DNA of 64,000 bases, from positions 20,293 through 84,292 of the forward strand of contig DATLFB010000044.1 in the NCBI GenBank assembly GCA_035525285.1, written 5' to 3'. Made by a program: the position numbers and the translations under genes. Source of the DNA: Thermoanaerobaculia bacterium (GTDB lineage Bacteria > Acidobacteriota > Thermoanaerobaculia > Gp7-AA8). The notes under the pieces are model-generated. The model searched no databases. It was not told the DNA's origin and saw nothing but the letters and a program-made list of their open reading frames with translations. Shown here piece after piece: positions 45,701 through 50,234 of this stretch (positions are counted from its first letter, which is position 1; every line of letters begins with the position of its first letter).

Positions 45701-48195
45701 AACAGCATCGAGACGAGGTGTCCGTGCTCGTCGAGATGAAGGTCCTGCGCCGCACCGATCACTCGCAGCGCGGTCTGAGGAATCGTGTCGACGAGCGGTG
45801 TGGCGGTCGCGTTGTCCACGATCAGCGTCTTCTGGCCGCGGCGGACGACGATCTCGACCGCCCTTCCGGCGGTTGCGTTGATCACGTCGATGTCCGTGCG
45901 CAACAGCGCGCTGCCGTCGGCCTCGGGGTAGATCAAATGGAGCGTGAACCTGTCCGTCGCGGGCAGCACCTTCACGCGGATATCGCCCTGGCGCCACTGC
46001 CCGATCAGCGCGAGCTCGCCGTGATCGCCGCCCGCATTGAGTTGCGTGAGCTCCGAGTACGGAAAGCTGCGCACGCACAGCGGCGCTTCGGTGACCGGCT
46101 CATGCGGCGAGCGGCACGTCTCCGCGATCTCGGCGAGTCTGAGGCTGCCGCTCAGGCTGTCGACGCTGATCGCGTACGGGCGCGCGACGCCGCTGACCGG
46201 CGCGCCGTGCGCGTACGCGAAGAGATATCCGGTGCGATGCGACGTCGCCGCCGCGAACTCATCGACGAATTGTCTCGGCGTTTCTCCCGCGGAGAAGGCC
46301 TGGATCTCGAGCTGCCGCGCCATCGCCGCGCCCGCGCGGCGGCCCGCCTCCTCGGCCTGGCGGAGGTCATCCCATTCGCGCATCTCAGGCGTCGTGTTGC
46401 TCTGATCCATCCGCTCGGTGTTGCCGAGGAGATCGAGAGCGAGATGGAAGAACGGCTCGCGGTTCTCGAGCGGATCGCTCGCGTCGCGGTTTTTACGCGC
46501 GATGAAAATGCGCTGCCCCGCTCGCGCGATCTGCTGCGCGCGCGTGAAGACATCGGTCTTGATCACGCGCGGGAACGCGGCGGTCTGATTGTTGAGCGGC
46601 GCCGTGGAGAGGCTGTAGCCGAGGCCGAGGAGCTGCATGTTCGCGTCGATGAACTCGCTCGGCAGGAAGCGCGCGTAGTACGGCATCACCAGCGTCGCGG
46701 GCGAGAGCGGAATGCCCGACGTGCTGACTCCCATCGTCAGCTTCACCGTCGCGACGATGCCTTCGTCGTTCGCGACGCCCGCGGCCGCGAAGATTTTTCC
46801 GCTGATCTTCGAGTTGAGCTTGTACGGCACGGGAACCATGCCGCCCGGCGGAATCGTCAGCTCCTTCGTCGCCGGCGTGCCTTCGTCGCGGCAGATGTTG
46901 TCCGCCGATGCGCCCGAGGAGCAGAGCGGGATGTAGCTGAGATCGAGCGAGACGGTCTGCTGCTGCGGGCTGAGGTTCGTGACGAACGCGTACGCGGTGT
47001 ACTTCTCGTCCTTGCGCACGGTGTCTGGATGCGAGAAGTTGATCTGGAAGCGCGGATCGCTCACGACCAGCGACGTCGACACGCGTCCGCGCAGCGGGAA
47101 GTCGGCCTGTCCCGGCTTCTGGTACGTCGCGTTCACTTCGACGTTGACGGTGTGCGTTCCCGCCTTCAGCGCCTCGAGCGTCCACTCCGCGTTGCCGCGT
47201 CCGCCCGCGACGAGGAATGTCGCGCCGGTTTTCTCGTCGGTGATCGGAACGGGTTGTCCGATCGAGACGGCGGGGATGACTTTCGAGACCCGCAGCTGCG
47301 TCGGCGCATTGATCGTCGCGGTGACGGAGTCGAGGCGGATGTTGCTGCCTTCCGGCGCGCCGTTGTCGACCTGCAGGATGACCGCGAAGAATTGATGCAG
47401 CACGCCGAAGCCCGTCGGCACGACGAGCGCGGCGGGAATCGACGGGCGTTCGCCTCCCCCGCCGCCGTCCGGCGGTCCGCCGCCTTCGGACGGTCCGCCG
47501 GGACCGAGCTCGAACGGCTCGATGGCCGGTGGCACGAAGCGCGGCGGCTTCTGATTCTGCGGAATCGGGGGAATCGAGTACGGGCTCTCGCGCGGCACCG
47601 GGACGACCTGGTGCGTGCGCTTGTCGATGATGACGGGGTACGGGATCTCGACCGTCGACTGATCGACGCCGAAGACGAAGGTGTATTCGTAGACGTCGTA
47701 GTTGCGCGAGTCGATGACGATGCCGCGCTGCCGCAGCTCCTCGGGCGAGAGCTGCCGCACGCGGACTTCGGTTTTCAGAACGTCGGTGACGTTGATGATC
47801 GCGAACGATGGGACGGCCTGCTGCAGGAACTCGCCATTCGCGCCGACCAGCCGGATGTTCTGCAGCGCGTACTCGCCCTTCTCGTGCAGCGCGGGGAGCG
47901 CGAACAGGCGTCCGGGTGTGGTCGCGAGCGTGATCGGCGTGGTGATGCCGGGTCCGGTGAGCTCGCCGAGCGCGGAGAGGCCGGGCGCGGGCGGCGCGTC
48001 ATCGCCGGTCTTGCCGCCGAAGAGGGTCTGCACGTAGGCGGGGACGTCGACGGCGGTGGTGACGGGATTGCGATCGACTTCGAGTCCGAGGCCGAGGATG
48101 TCGAGGTCGGCCTTCGCCACCTCGCCCGCGGACAGCGGTGCAGCGAGCGCGAGGACCAGCAGGAAGGCACCGATACGTGTCTGACGAAGTCGCAT
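27772..48195 (-). CDS. giant secreted multi-domain surface/adhesin-like protein (6,807 aa)
   Basis: A single uninterrupted ORF whose composition looks genuine throughout. The signal peptide is MRLRQTRIGAFLLVLALAAPLSAGE. Domains include CarboxypepD_reg-like repeats, SbsA-Ig-like domains, three Gly-rich beta-helix-like modules and two LVIVD-repeat propellers. Two tandem domains of unknown family and two C-terminal F5/8-type-C (discoidin) domains follow. Confidence 0.9.
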   Translation of the reverse strand: MRLRQTRIGAFLLVLALAAPLSAGEVAKADLDILGLGLEVDRNPVTTAVDVPAYVQTLFGGKTGDDAPPAPGLSALGELTGPGITTPITLATTPGRLFALPALHEKGEYALQNIRLVGANGEFLQQAVPSFAIINVTDVLKTEVRVRQLSPEELRQRGIVIDSRNYDVYEYTFVFGVDQSTVEIPYPVIIDKRTHQVVPVPRESPYSIPPIPQNQKPPRFVPPAIEPFELGPGGPSEGGGPPDGGGGGERPSIPAALVVPTGFGVLHQFFAVILQVDNGAPEGSNIRLDSVTATINAPTQLRVSKVIPAVSIGQPVPITDEKTGATFLVAGGRGNAEWTLEALKAGTHTVNVEVNATYQKPGQADFPLRGRVSTSLVVSDPRFQINFSHPDTVRKDEKYTAYAFVTNLSPQQQTVSLDLSYIPLCSSGASADNICRDEGTPATKELTIPPGGMVPVPYKLNSKISGKIFAAAGVANDEGIVATVKLTMGVSTSGIPLSPATLVMPYYARFLPSEFIDANMQLLGLGYSLSTAPLNNQTAAFPRVIKTDVFTRAQQIARAGQRIFIARKNRDASDPLENREPFFHLALDLLGNTERMDQSNTTPEMREWDDLRQAEEAGRRAGAAMARQLEIQAFSAGETPRQFVDEFAAATSHRTGYLFAYAHGAPVSGVARPYAISVDSLSGSLRLAEIAETCRSPHEPVTEAPLCVRSFPYSELTQLNAGGDHGELALIGQWRQGDIRVKVLPATDRFTLHLIYPEADGSALLRTDIDVINATAGRAVEIVVRRGQKTLIVDNATATPLVDTIPQTALRVIGAAQDLHLDEHGHLVSMLFNRPVKVADAAALRDRFALTMNVPKASYTVTRKNNPSDPNALLQIPGAALQADAKIINISFDKTLSRNAEYKIAVESILDLTTEAAPPFAKSDIVPRIDNDRPGGILTGRVLRGDNSAVPNVLVRLLSNGTTQIDPTGSDGRFLYEFVPRDIDSGLFGNYKLSAEAEGKKAELEGAVRLPGEVHTVNLQFLGRGVARGQVRYHDGEVIPDVVVTIGSTMFDQARRGTTDASGNYEIGDLPVGPLTFSVNDKDGRPTYAANQIRVAGEVVTQDLVIVRREAPGLGNVRVTVRRSDTNAIVSGALVGVWAQGYALRDGYTSTDGSLTFSDIPAGIVSVLAADFSLSREAAGVEVELRADQTLEQTLVLSIPQPNVKYATLTGIVKRDDPAAPGDTTKDQIAPGAIVTIDRMPAVTADADGRYTFTDLTLDVADRRFTVFDPVTGRRGYFSVPTLVEGSNEFNPRLRSTQPAGIATMRVRVYGSQGEPVTGYRVIWPGYPPTAFAAKGNGVYELPDMRVPQQIDVVAVPPSSAGHAVYGQQVASGYVRVDFHGQIGVTDLRLPGSGTVVVRVEVEQSCSTPPCGYAPAIGPVALSYAVWDEAEQGMRGVTIEGTPDPNTGLVTFTKVPARQNLGVATARNPLGYAATSAYLSYDGDVRNVTLRLKTIGDVTGRVYAHDGVTPISGATVRIYNNRATYPPAITNPDGTFRFAGFPAGTSFSVVADLDRDGVYRTGIVGGQSPSGGGPVSNLIIVMRTQSTVEGQVLDGVSGLKVPLARYWLRELAWPYRSIGTPQDPLFADINGRFIVSNVFTGEFRITAVSPDNQEIRGDYQGVLREEGDATQRSIQVHIGGAGSGAVSVTVVDPLLGFSKVANAEVALLKGSQRFDFTSTNDSGVAFFDSVPVGRYTIVAYSKAAGRAGHAVAFDVFNGSTTPVTVQLEFRGYVSGTLTDPESEPAPGLPVKGMPVQMQATGISAADSTDIDGFFEFNGVPEGSFSLSAFEIGTHRRAVGPTNLYIDRLVPERTGIKLELERTATLTVKVFLPNDTGGAGELAPLVEVTVWQGNLIYGPVPYYRGQQGNPVVFRKMLAGMGYGIEVRELGGEQRVVRTGGGFGGALTKEHHVTLPTSGTVEVRVVDAAGVAVQDAKVNINSSGLGTRTMYTPASGSVTLPGVPFGWVSASATKGNVSASGGGSLASRSQTLVIPLNLGSNATVEGGVDAEIGDGSPSVATRVLLNVTTSLSSAIRLETLTDSAGNYRFTGIPIGNTTLTLTFYGPDDTTIGATRTVPVANGTTGVITIPRVRIDATPPRVLSIDPPANATSVSPSTAITIVFSEQIASGYLNTGWFQLIATDNSSFVNSAIEPSVRPDGTFIVRLIPPPPPAGQKFPLKSNVIYRINLPQGIRDTTGNSMTSPVGSSFTTVNYTEPAIVKIEPLEKDPIPASATFRIKFNKFISPTSFDAGAGGVVLLERLDAYQGTAVETIPIAKFLDPADASTLIVSPQGVAIAESSFYRLTVGGARDTQTPPNVQKAPPRVFEFFSFDTKKPVAKITSSETTLVSALLYSATVSVTDEGTTNESNDIAYVDWLDANGSAIARSSTKPFSYSFAAPATTTATTFTLKAVATDLSGNSSPEPDVHTWNVAPNEAPREIVVTNTPASAYPTHWVQTRVSFKDEGVSVNVALELRGTYVDGSPLTKVLGSKNVTRASASVAFADAVFDYVLPEELRDGAAKIVANVTDSVNKVGTAEAPLTIHADTTAPQLVAFLPAAESRYKFNTAAGSYTIEVKAKDAETGLSRAVISVGGVEQSGVTSTFDGSTGITTWRRTITVPPRNADTRIAIAASVYDKRNNVTTDTHEVIYERVDDATLPTAAWITPLDGAALPSNISGWQATLRVKATDDVKVMSVRFESTALSAPLNASLKAGTTDIYEAKASFNFPADKLPFVIKAIVTDADPLHDVELPITVDPVEVDSVITGDINITSITAAQYANKSVAVRVAWLWVSVPLVVKDLILLDGAGLGSAQETKVDLTITDHLFVDGDSRVFVNGRGYLGGWRARDDGGFTNGSLTGRTAGGTTTGGAVYASASHAGFGGSFYGATNATYGSITSPTELGSGGAAETVNNKGGNGGGAVALRGGSGLARFVIAGPVSANGDSWWSSGSGGSLLLDARAIITGPVTRITANGGDTWGSYELDRGGGGGRVSIRARERLDMNPAAPVIQARGGRNGNNAEEGATYVDGGAGTIYLARPGSTLGELIVSSFDEAHPATTHRTAATPLSGSLAFDAITIGPRTLARFDTDGVTPATVDPTATVLTPADVPTVSIVSTTPAAGGSTAQNTTITARFDAASTVGLRSVRTILSVQPNDVVTFPRWAPLLSDNAIAIAVPSSATPGTTTLKIQVTDRAGRVAESAPVSFTIINNAPVVIESFDVTPATETYANRTISVSATASDDIAVQSLSLTSSIGSVSSGTATKPTSTTMARSFTVSIPATAPSNSDVVLTLSAVDDVPGRVPTTATHTVKLLKDEIAPSITVTKPTANQEILEGTGATFDVEANVTDAEVAVKSVTATFEGVTKTMSLVSGTLYRANFAVPSVEGSELIAKTITVNASDYDNNLATRDVHIFIKPLVDPNAPALSWVCASPGAMFPTGYEFTMRLSAVPSSGSNGVSSVVATIDGASSTINATREGTSNIYAFKYTIPAGTADGTVLNVRVVVRSVGSNESTLLGTVTAVAGQIDLSTQSNVIPLDPGYQDRHVVVRSGGILVLNGEQHLRNLVVLEGGKVIQKHPDNANASLVTVDRLFVACSATIDVTGQGFAPRTTYPGETPSAANSGGSHIGVGGARGLPGTSYGSVYRPREAGGGEHYRAFGGGVVRIAAARVVLDGVIYADGQSNGNAHEGSAAGGSVWIQSESIRGTGRIEADGGNGAAFSSTNGGGGAIAIEYSDPASIVPALQAWSGNHYNPYAGAGSIYTKGPQSTFGDLRFDNTGRPHERPALLPALGTHIIESVPTPGTIVLQSSAAIQPYFAGHYLRVHAPDGGIRGIWRIATVATPSQLVLESSSEPFDVHAGDSVRGAYRFDSLTLRNAWVETSDLVLLGKPPVLDASSIFRPGNDSAPVVNSSLVTFAKGAYGTLLTGAANAFTDPDKPVDVWVRSSTSDDLTPATVTFGTTGGLSIRKISNGQEWSSALSKRGAAHSAYLSCRVSQTNNHVDCGMRAADWSRFYTWGIFNNGTWQIWINNSPTSITGTYSTSSVFRIEKTPGLVRWFLNGTKVHELAVDGSVLYPQFAIRYDGGEINSIHFSVDSNVSKRAAVANDGSFSIGVDGAAGDAVILNARDSHYFALQSQTAVGSIPDDFGIAAITFNPSPVTGGRTSVGTVTLRSAASSSAAIVMLQSDNTTAATVPVSVTIPSGQTSATFNITTAPAQGSTPVNISATWGGVATTAVLAIEKDTIAPAVSITAPAANAEFTEGSSNKIPVQVTVVDDDSGVARVYATIDGQNTELAKNTSLGANVWTGNVPAPFVDGTQNVARDLLFTALDRNDNSGTATVSVQIKPVVDGGVPAISWSCTSANPVYPVGYGARLKVVAKAPNATNPLQKIEFLVTDAGGASTTYTGASIGSDLYEYIFTIPDVADGTHYTLRAIATTAAGTTALVDGAFTVLEGGVEIRTNTTIGASDTSYDNKNIVVWDGVTVTIAGQHTFKRLAALNNSVVTHPGGDRLHVNVEQLYVACGAAIDANGRGYGGNSTYPGETTSADGTGGSHMGQGGLYSNPIGSTYGSVYTPMEAGGGGDNQGGGGAGGGVVRITAGSIAVDGTIRANGANSGEAGGGGGSVWITTGKISGTGSVEANGGPNFYGEGGGGAVSVEYSDATSSLPLLRAHTGIPIDQYRPGGAGTIYVKRPGSTYGDLTIDNAGHWGQATVLPSLGNGSAQAGTSNATLITDRPTNIPTYFVGHWVEITSASGSVKGTWRIASVNGKSATLANGSETIALAAGDLWRGVYRFDTILLRYAKAQSLDAIRYATLDKDSGSTLTSNASAPLFAQDKLAQIVVESTPDKDYVAAPAGTVSDPDTPIRMTATNVRTAAQYTGNANADGSFKVAVAGLAGDTFTVKATDSHALPLSSPHLPVSGAIVETNGVTSLSISPTTVAAGNVATGTVQLVRPARAEGTVVALTSSSPAAVVPATIAVAGGQTSAQFSITTPASPAGDTVTITASTAAGARSATLTILSSGDYVTTVAGRVVDERARGVAALTVTCATHTGTTDADGFFSISDMPAAGNITCTATQSLADGTTYSGTSAPTPAVADSVTNVGDIVIRTTISFTQLSASSWGVGSSFRARTIKRHGKTLVVSGAGGGPGTGDNDRIAIFDLTNPASPSFVRQVSAGNTAIYDVEIVDGWGYVTSWDFCTINLASPTSSKICYGTVGSLTVAVMNKYAFVATNSNYKIKVYDVTNPAAAKNLRDQDIIPGTGSQKFFWDLIPIGSGHLAGLSFTSENGVGHDLVMLDVRDVNNFVKVADIDLPNFTAVRGHVDGSILYISSASEVAAFDVSNPAAPVLVSRTAINGGSDNVFVAGKEAYATAGASGLAQIDVAVPASPFVVKHIGGVGGSARDLLFYSNYVYVANDTGLAYARMPVAPQVSPSHIKLARATPNVTVTGLATSVTGATPITVMITNRTSGATAPGFAVNADGSFSASLAAASGDRIAITAIDVAGRESAMTDAGLVPFGTSVEENFLATGTNYRARTVRTDGSLLGVARWGGEGEGMGQNTLMFVFDISTPGSTTYKYGLDAVYGNTYDFDIFNGWAYTSGWDVCTIDLRSSTSTRRCVGTGDAGEVGMAYAGGTYAFATTGWQNNDGRIRIYNVSNPNAPSLLRHQSTTVSTEFYDSIPYGDNHLVAIERSVHDVVVFNRTDVNNLVKLADIDIPNFESFRGHIDGNLLYIAGFGGKVAIVDLTNPAAPVVKSILSTGVAKGVTASSNRAVVAAGMLGVVYLDVTNPAAPVILGRQQISGNAWDVLLRNGVLYVANEQGLLVIKDAIPVNPNTSAPQFPLAAQITAGTDASGDFVAGPAGAVTDPDTPIDLRVTSARTGQMFNGTALPDGSFRIPVVGQGGDTFTIQATDSHATPLSATIAVNGSIVDANQLASIAIEPSSVAAGASTIGTVRLLQPARSNGISVALASSHPSATVSSAVIISAGESSAQFAITTLASSANAAATITATYQRSKSATLDIAGSAGALASVTLDASTVEGGTSLNGTVTLGGPAPAGGATVLLASSYSSVASVPSSIVIPEGVTTETFTVGTKRVAATTSASISATYGATRSAALNLTACTTLGTAARPATVPSPLWLDDAPPSGGTPAGSAAFDATQAASGTQALHFDAASGARSWSVTGAAPLAVTPDDKLVVHVLVNPCNPARELWITLSDGTTSLDAMWGESLIDPRGKPVRIGPMPRGGEWVRLEVPASILGLTSAKNFTSMEVQVYGGEAWIDAVGLASCVLPTAAAPSHRSDEEVWFDDALPAGAVASSGGNARPWLWDTTQAASGTKSHTELLEAGWKQHSFSGATEKLNVAAGDALYVWVLLDPCNPPRQILITFAKGGDVMRGAFWGEKLILPGATIPQTSRIGVMPEAGRWVRLEIPAGLINAEGIAMDGMALATYGGRAWFDRAGRMPRVNLARGKVASQSSTVTNNGITYGASRVVDGDTSGVNDNWCTTNFESEPWWQVDLGAVQSIEDIQIWPRPNCCAPSDFTVYVSDTPFASTRAGIEVQSGVARLAIIGTASRPMSLRVDRTGRYVRLYRNGTAELQLGEVEVWAPASAKRVNLAIGRTSARQSSTQSSNPSLARAEHAVNGDLSGSYGSLGSTTHTNLEANAWWDVDLGSVLPISAVDVFMRFSTDPNPVAPGDEITNFYVFVSDGPFASSDPAATISQPGVSTYFYGSPPRSSHPFVIDRPGRYVRVQISNTWVLFLNEVQIWSQDALLEALSKKELH
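27820..28728 (-). other. two tandem F5/8 type C (discoidin / fucolectin-like) domains at the C-terminus of the 6,807-aa protein
   Basis: The first reads NLARGKVASQSS..VVDGDTSG..PWWQVDLG..YVRLYRNG..LGEVEVW. The second reads NLAIGRTSARQSS..AVNGDLSG..AWWDVDLG..YVRVQISN..LNEVQIW. Confidence 0.75.
28735..29700 (-). other. tandem pair of ~160-aa domains of unrecognised family
   Basis: Copy 1 reads LWLDDAPPSGG..TQAASGTQ..LVVHVLVNPCNPARELWITL..WGE..GPMPRGGEWVRLEVPAS..GGEAWIDAVG. Copy 2 reads VWFDDALPAGA..TQAASGTK..LYVWVLLDPCNPPRQILITF..WGE..GVMPEAGRWVRLEIPAG..GGRAWFDRAG. Confidence 0.5.
30630..31560 (-). other. LVIVD-repeat beta-propeller, copy 2 (approximate)
   Basis: Blades end in MFVFDISTPG, IRIYNVSNPNAP, VVVFNRTDVNNL, VAIVDLTNPAAP, VVYLDVTNPAAP and LYVANEQGLLVIKD. 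Confidence 0.7.
31820..32790 (-). other. LVIVD-repeat beta-propeller, copy 1 (approximate)
   Basis: Blades end in IAIFDLTNPASP, IKVYDVTNPAAA, LVMLDVRDVNNF, VAAFDVSNPAAP, LAQIDVAVPASP and VYVANDTGLAYARM. Confidence 0.7.
33650..35070 (-). repeat. Gly-rich beta-helix-like module, copy 3 (protein-level paralogue, approximate)
   Basis: AISWSCTS..YVACGAAIDANGRGYGG..GGSHMGQGG..YGSVYTPMEAGGGG..GGGVVRITAG..GGGGSVWITTGKISGTGSVEANGG..GGGGAVSVEY..GGAGTIYVKRPGSTYGDL..WRGVYRFDTILLR. Confidence 0.65.
36420..37850 (-). repeat. Gly-rich beta-helix-like module, copy 2 (approximate)
   Basis: ALSWVCAS..FVACSATIDVTGQGF..GGSHIGVGG..YGSVYRPREAGGGE..GGGVVRIAAA..AAGGSVWIQSESIRGTGRIEADGG..GGGGAIAIEY..GAGSIYTKGPQSTFGDL..VRGAYRFDSLTLR. 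Confidence 0.65.
38800..39830 (-). repeat. Gly-rich beta-helix-like module, copy 1 (more divergent, approximate)
   Basis: FVNGRGYLGG..SHAGFGGS..YGSITSPTELGSGG..GNGGGAVALRG..GSGGSLLLDARAIITG..ANGG..GGGGGRVSIRA..GGAGTIYLARPGSTLGEL. Confidence 0.6.
41830..45400 (-). other. array of CarboxypepD_reg-like (transthyretin-like) beta-sandwich repeats (approximate)
   Basis: The pattern G.V..(x)G.P..gA.V......T.tDasG.Y.f..lP.G.Y recurs. Examples are GRVLRGDNSAVPNVLVRL..GSDGRFLYEFVP, GQVRYHDGEVIPDVVVTI..DASGNYEIGDLPVGPLTF and GRVYAHDGVTPISGATVRI..NPDGTFRFAGFPAG. Confidence 0.6.
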
Positions 48196-48217
48196 TCAGG
48201 ATTGCTCGAAGTAGCGG

Positions 48218-49060
48218 TCAGTGAGGCTGTTGCGGCTGTTGTTGCGACGGAAGCTGATCGAGCTCGCGGAGCTCGCGCGCGAAGCGGGTCGTGGGCGACT
48301 CGACTCTGCGCGCTCCGGGAGGAATCAGCCGCAGCTCGTCGGGCGCGAGCTCGTTGCGGACTTCGAGGACGCTGTTGCGCATCGTGACGCGCGTCCCTTC
48401 GACTTCGACGGTGACGCTCTGTTCGTAGGGAAGCGCGTAGTCGTCTCCCCCGGCCGCATTCGTCTTCGCCGCGCCTCCTCGGGAGATGCCGAGAATCGCG
48501 TCATGCTCATTGCGCCGGGGATTGGGATACGACGCGCCGATGAGGACTTCGAGCGCATTGCGCGACAAACGCGTCGCGCGATCGACGCCGATCTCGATCG
48601 ACATCTTCTCCTCGCCGTCGCGCGTCAGCTCGAACGTGTCGAGCGAGCGTCCGTTGCGCGCGCCCTTCACGCCCTTCGCCGCCGCCTTCCATTCGATCCC
48701 TTTCATCTGCAGGCGCGGCGACGACGCTTGCGCGTTCGCGAGCTCGTCGAAGCGCGTGACGCTGTACGTGCCTGCGGAGCGATCGATCTCGGTCAGCACC
48801 TGGCGGCCGTAGTCGGCGATGGCGATGCGCGAGCCGTTCACGGTCACGATCTGATCGCCGGCGCAGTACTCGTGGATCGTCGCCGCGCTGTTCGCGATCG
48901 GATCTTCGACACGGCGGATGATGTGCAGCGGCCGCGGAAAGAGAACATCCGCGGCAAACGCCGGCACGAACGATGACAAAGCGATCACTGCTCCAACCGC
49001 GGCGCGGCCGAAGAGTCTCCCCCTCCACACCCCCTGAAGAATGGGCGAACGGGAATTCAC
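48218..49060 (-). CDS. secreted hypothetical protein (280 aa), first gene of the giant operon
   Basis: GTG start with GGAGA 7 nt upstream. It has an N-terminal hydrophobic signal (AAVGAVIALSSFVPAFAADV). The stop lies 22 nt before the ATG of the 6,807-aa gene. Confidence 0.65.
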   Translation of the reverse strand: MNSRSPILQGVWRGRLFGRAAVGAVIALSSFVPAFAADVLFPRPLHIIRRVEDPIANSAATIHEYCAGDQIVTVNGSRIAIADYGRQVLTEIDRSAGTYSVTRFDELANAQASSPRLQMKGIEWKAAAKGVKGARNGRSLDTFELTRDGEEKMSIEIGVDRATRLSRNALEVLIGASYPNPRRNEHDAILGISRGGAAKTNAAGGDDYALPYEQSVTVEVEGTRVTMRNSVLEVRNELAPDELRLIPPGARRVESPTTRFARELRELDQLPSQQQPQQPH

Positions 49061-49252
49061 AAATTGTCTCCGAAAAAGCAGAATTGGTTGGGCGGACCCG
49101 GGCGCGCACGGTAGCCGATGAGCGCGTCAGGATGCAAGTAAATTTTTCAGTTTCGACATACCGGCCGGACGGACGGCGGCGCGGAAACGGTCAAAGATGG
49201 AAAGGTAGGGGGATGCGTTTGCGGCGGCACTCCTTCGATGGAGGCCTCACCC

Positions 49253-49638
49253 ATGCGCATCGCAGCGTTCAACGTCGAAAATCTCTTCTCCCGCGTCGCG
49301 CCATGAACCTCGGCGAATGGGACGAGGGGAAAGTCATCCTCAATGAATACTCGCGGCTCAACACGCGACTGCAGAAGCCGGTCTACACGAGCGCCGACAA
49401 GCAGGCCATCATCGCGTCGTTGGAGAAACTCGGGCTGGAGCGTTCCGAGGGCGCGCGCGTTCGTCGCAGCGCCATACGCCAAAAGCGCGGCTTGTCCGCG
49501 CAACGTATGCGCCGATCGAGAGTCTTGCGGCCGAAGCCGAGCGAATTCCGGATTTTCCATTTCCCGATACGCAGCTACAAGCGGTCGGCGAGACGTTGCC
49601 AGCCCACTGTGCACGCCGAACCCTTCGTTTTGAAGTGA
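49253..49638 (+). pseudogene. fragment of an endonuclease/exonuclease/phosphatase (EEP) family gene, frameshifted and truncated
   Basis: GGAGG lies 9 nt before the ATG. MRIAAFNVENLFSR is the typical EEP-family N-terminus. A stop after 17 codons (TGA at 49304) overlaps the ATG of the continuing frame, AMNLGEWDEGKVILNEYSRLNTRLQKPVYTSADKQAIIASLEKLGLERSEG. It ends at ~130 aa, while this family is usually >300 aa. Confidence 0.65.
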
Positions 49639-49667
49639 GTAGCACCGCCTGCCGCCGCTTGCCGCCC

Positions 49668-49691
49668 AACTCCACACAGGAGCCGACGGCG
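49668..49691. repeat. 24-bp direct repeat, copy 1 (AACTCCACACAGGAGCCGACGGCG)
   Basis: One mismatch to 49851..49874, 183 bp downstream. Confidence 0.7.
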
Positions 49692-49850
49692 AGCAAGGGA
49701 GGCGACAGCCTCACGGTCCTGCGCGCGCATTCCTCAAGATCGCAGCGGAAAACCCGAAGGCGGTGGAGAAAGCTCTCGGCCGCCACTGAGTCCGTCTGCA
49801 CCGAATATAACCGAATAGATTTGTACGTCGCGTCGATCGCCGGCTACAGT

Positions 49851-49874
49851 AACTCCACACAGGAGCCGGCGGCG
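49851..49874. repeat. 24-bp direct repeat, copy 2 (AACTCCACACAGGAGCCGGCGGCG)
   Basis: See copy 1. The pair brackets an AT-richer stretch containing CCGAATA twice. Confidence 0.7.
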
Positions 49875-50030
49875 GGCTGGCTGTCCGGCCCGCCGTCCGA
49901 CCCGGCTCGGGAACATCCAAGACGCACGGCGTCACGGCGGCTGCAACCGCGCCCGCCGTCAAAAGCATTCGTGGGCGCGGCAGCCGCCGCGCCGCATCAG
50001 CCCGATGCGCCGTTGTACTATCGTCGCAGT

Positions 50031-50234
50031 ATGGTCGTGCCAGCCGACACAACGATCGATTCCGCCGAGCTTCATCAGCAGGCCGTTCGACAGATTGGGA
50101 TCGATGGGCGACTCAGGATCGCGCTCGAGTTGAGCGATCTCACCCACAGTCTTGCAATCGCGGGCATCCGCCGGCGCCGTCCGGATTGCAGCGACGACGA
50201 AGCCCGGAAGCATCTCGCTATCCTTGAAGCATGA
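50031..50234 (+). CDS. small hypothetical protein (67 aa)
   Basis: MVVPADTTIDSAELHQQAVRQIGIDGRLRIALELSDLTHSLAIAGIRRRRPDCSDDEARKHLAILEA. Its stop overlaps the next ATG (ATGA). The upstream part of ORF 49596..50234 looks non-coding. Confidence 0.4.
   Translation: MVVPADTTIDSAELHQQAVRQIGIDGRLRIALELSDLTHSLAIAGIRRRRPDCSDDEARKHLAILEA

Noticed and set aside
42346-48387. 2013-aa plus-strand ORF antisense to the 6,807-aa gene
   Set aside because: The composition is Arg/Ala/Gly/Asp-rich junk with no domain-like motifs. Long open antisense frames are expected opposite a GC3-rich gene. The minus-strand product is clearly real.
49060-49200. A sigma70-type promoter for the giant operon (TTGCAT-N18-TACCGT on the minus strand)
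   Set aside because: The hexamers and spacing are too weak to call from sequence alone, so it is not listed as a feature.
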